Below are positions 61,286 through 64,000 of a stretch of DNA of 64,000 bases, in pieces. The stretch is from Leucoraja erinacea. Lineage: Eukaryota. Numbering within the stretch: position 1 is the stretch's first letter; each line of letters starts with the position of its first letter. The DNA lies in contig NC_073416.1 of the NCBI RefSeq assembly GCF_028641065.1, forward strand, positions 6,758,001 through 6,822,000. Reading direction: 5' to 3'. A program made the position numbers and the translations under genes. Below the pieces are notes generated by a model. It made no database searches. It had not been told where the DNA came from and saw nothing but the letters and a program-made list of their open reading frames with translations.

Positions 61286-62024
61286 AAATATACAAAAAAA
61301 ATACTGGATGAAGTTTAGCTTGGACCATCCATGCTGTTTTCTCTACTAAAGTCACATTTGTCCAAGTGACTGTTATTTCTTGCCACAAAGATTAAAGTAG
61401 GCTATAGTTAGTGGATTATCCCTACACATGGTGTAACATTTGCAGGCCTGTCCTTGGGTGCCACCCTTCAAACTACTGATTATGGTCAGGGCCTCTGCAA
61501 TTTCCTCCTCCTCCTCTTGAGAAATCTTGGATAAATCGCATTTGGACCATGTTATTTGTCTACTTTTAGTGCCACCAGCCTTCCGCTACATCCTTGATCA
61601 CTTTTTCAGTCAGTACATCACCTCTGTCCCTTTTGCAAATCCACCGCACGTATTGTTCTCATTTTGTACCTCGTGTCCTCTGCCTCCGTGAGTAGATTTC
61701 TGTTTGGATCTTTGCTCAACCTTACTATTTTCCTTACACTTATTTTTCCTGTTTGCATGCTTGCAAAATATTTTACATTCTTTTTATCTCTTGTTTTCTT
61801 ATTTCAGGGAGGGGGGGTGGCCGCAAATACTTTCTGCGATTGGGGTAGTTCCTGCTTGTGTTAGTAACCTGGTATCAGATTATTCTCCCCAGTTCAATGC
61901 TGGGAGCTCTGGATTTAACGTTCCTTGATAAAGGAGGGTATGTAATGTATCTGGACTATGGATAAAATATTTTCCATGTTTTGGAAGCTGTTTTGTTCTC
62001 TTTGTGTTGCCTGTCGAGCTTTGA

Positions 62025-62365
62025 GGGGTGGAGTAGCGGCAGAGTTGCTGCCTTGCAGCACCAAAGACCCGGGTTTGATCCTGAGTACGGGTTCTGTCTT
62101 TACGGAGTTTGTACGTTCTACGTGTGACCGTGTGGGTTTCTGTCCACATTCTAAAGACGTGAGGGTTTGTATGTTAATTGGTTTCTTTTAAAATTGCCCC
62201 TGGTGTGTTGGGAGTGAATGAGATTAAAAGACATTTGGATAGGTTCATGGATAGGATAGGTTTGGAGGCATATGGGCCAAATGCAGGTGGGACGAGCGTA
62301 GGTGGGGCATCTTGGTTGCCGTGGGCAAGCTAGGTCAAAGGTCCTGTTCCCATACTTTGACTCCA
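62025..62365 (+). mobile_element. V-SINE (62025-62220) followed by a CR1 3' end (62225-62365)
   Basis: GAGTTGCTGCCTTGCAGCACCAAAGACCCGGGTTTGATCC head, then GACATTTGGATAGG..GGGCCAAATGCAGG CR1 end. Confidence 0.75.
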
Positions 62366-62875
62366 CATTTTATATAGTTTGTACTCCTCGCTCCCAATGT
62401 AGAAAAAAACCATGGCTGCAATTTACCTGCCAACTTGATTTGCATTCTCTTCCTGCTAGTTAGCAGCCTATTGAATGATTCCTGCACAGTAATTACATCT
62501 TTCTTAATTTTAAACCAATTCTGTCCTTGTTCGATCCAGGACATTCTCTCCCTCTTCAACTTTGTTTTCTCCTTTTCAATACTACCATTGCTCCGCCTTT
62601 CCTCCGATCCCTGTCTTACCTGAACTTTGGAATGATTGGAATCCTTCACTTCCAATCTTGTTTAATCTACTTCTTCGGTTTGCATGTATGTAAACATATC
62701 TTGGTCCTTCCTGCAGTCTCTTAGTCTGGGCTTGTCTGATAACTTTTGATTTGTTGTGTGCTATTTATCTCTTCCAATCCTTTGCAACTTTCTGTCTGGG
62801 CATAAACTATTGTTTTAATGCCAACCTGTAAAAGCTGTGGGGTGGAAATAGTGTTCCCAATGAATCTTTAAAATG

Positions 62876-62971
62876 TTTAGGAAGGAACTGCTTCAGAAGC
62901 AAGGTTTCCCATTCCTTCTCTCCAGAGATGCTGCCTGTCCCGCTGAGTTACTCCAGCATTTTGTGTCTACA
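62876..62971 (+). mobile_element. Short Penelope-LTR-derived unit with 13-bp TSD
   Basis: TSD AATCTTTAAAATG (62863-62875, 62972-62984). Family body CCATTCCTTCTCTCCAGAGATGCTGCCTGTCCCGCTGAGTTACTCCAGC. Confidence 0.75.
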
Positions 62972-64000
62972 AATCTTTAAAATGACTCATTTTAAATTAT
63001 TTTAAAATGCACTCCAGGGTACTTTTTTTTTTCCCAGTGGATCCTCAATTCTAAGATAAGTGTTTTGTTCTCCAGATTCTTGAATATTGCACAAATATGC
63101 TTAAGTGTTAGAATATGTTAGTCAATGTATATCAGGGTGGGTGTGTGCTGAAAATTAGTTTCATTTTTAGCAAGGGTTAATATGGTTTGAGGTGCAAATT
63201 ATTTATTTGATGGAAGTGCTTCAGAACTGGAAAACTCTCACCTTAAGACGTTGGATAGATTACACTTTAAAAAGCTCTTAAACCGCATGGCCCTTGCCTT
63301 TCCTCGTTTGACACGTTTATCAGAATAAAATGAGATTGTGCTTGATCCCACTGCTGACTTCCTCTTGTATTTAAAAATGGAAAAAATGTGCTGCAGTTGT
63401 ATTGAGATGACTTGCACTAACTGCAATTACTCTTTTTAAAATGCCCTTTTTTTATATTGCTCTGAAATATAATCTGTACAGCTTCAATTATCAGCCATAT
63501 AGAAATGACACAAAGTCCATTGGGAATTGGGTTATACTGCAACAGAATTGAGTCGTGTGTATGTTTTTTTTTAAATTACTGCAGAAGCGAAGATCTAGCA
63601 GTACAGCAAAATTGACAAATTGTACCCGATATTGCTGCCTAGTTGAAGCATTTCAATCTTACAAGAGTTGTATACAGATGAGTTGCTGGGCTATGATGGG
63701 CCAAAGAGCCACCTTCTGTGAAATAAGTTTGTTCCCAACCACGCAAAACCTAAAGACGTCACCCAGAAACCAAGAGCAATAATAATGAGACTTGATTGAG
63801 GGTATAAAACTTGATTTATTTATTACATATAATTAAATATTGCTGTGTTCAGCGAACGAAGTAAGCAAAGTGCTGCACTTTAAGTAACAGTTATTGTGCT
63901 ATGGAACTTGCTAACATGATTATATTGTAATTCTGGCAGCCATTTTGCCATGTGTTTTGAAACGGAATATTTGAAATTTAGTCTTTGTTTGGAGTTTTTT

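Noticed and set aside
57118-62100. tRNA-like A/B-box sequences (~57120, ~60995, ~62030)
   Set aside because: Continue into SINE bodies and lack a full cloverleaf; SINE heads, not tRNA genes.

Overview
Eukaryotic genomic DNA, not prokaryotic. The repeat content (HE1/V-SINE, CR1, Rex1/Babar, Penelope-type and Deu-type repeats) points to a cartilaginous fish, most likely a rajid skate; this is inference. One protein-coding gene can be rebuilt from splice sites: an 8-exon FAM186-family gene on + (ATG 22767, TAA 42345, 3024 nt CDS, ~1007 aa, all phases compatible). It starts from a probable bidirectional CpG-rich promoter (~22.1-22.9 kb). A second CpG-rich promoter with non-coding first exons of an unidentified + gene lies at ~43.7-44.4 kb. 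The rest is intron/intergenic DNA dense in mobile elements: L1, CR1, L2, a near-full-length Rex1/Babar LINE, a non-autonomous Helitron, a hAT MITE, SINEs and several nested insertions. The most striking signal is RNA-level: two independent self-cleaving-ribozyme-like folds in small retroelements. (1) A ~140-bp (AAG)n-tailed retroposon begins exactly with a minimal HDV-like ribozyme fold; the best copy (41970-42023) is sense-oriented in the last FAM186 intron. (2) About a dozen Penelope-LTR-derived units carry minimal hammerhead cores, many flanked by 9-17 bp direct repeats. Coordinates were read by eye, repeat boundaries are approximate, and no database searches were run.
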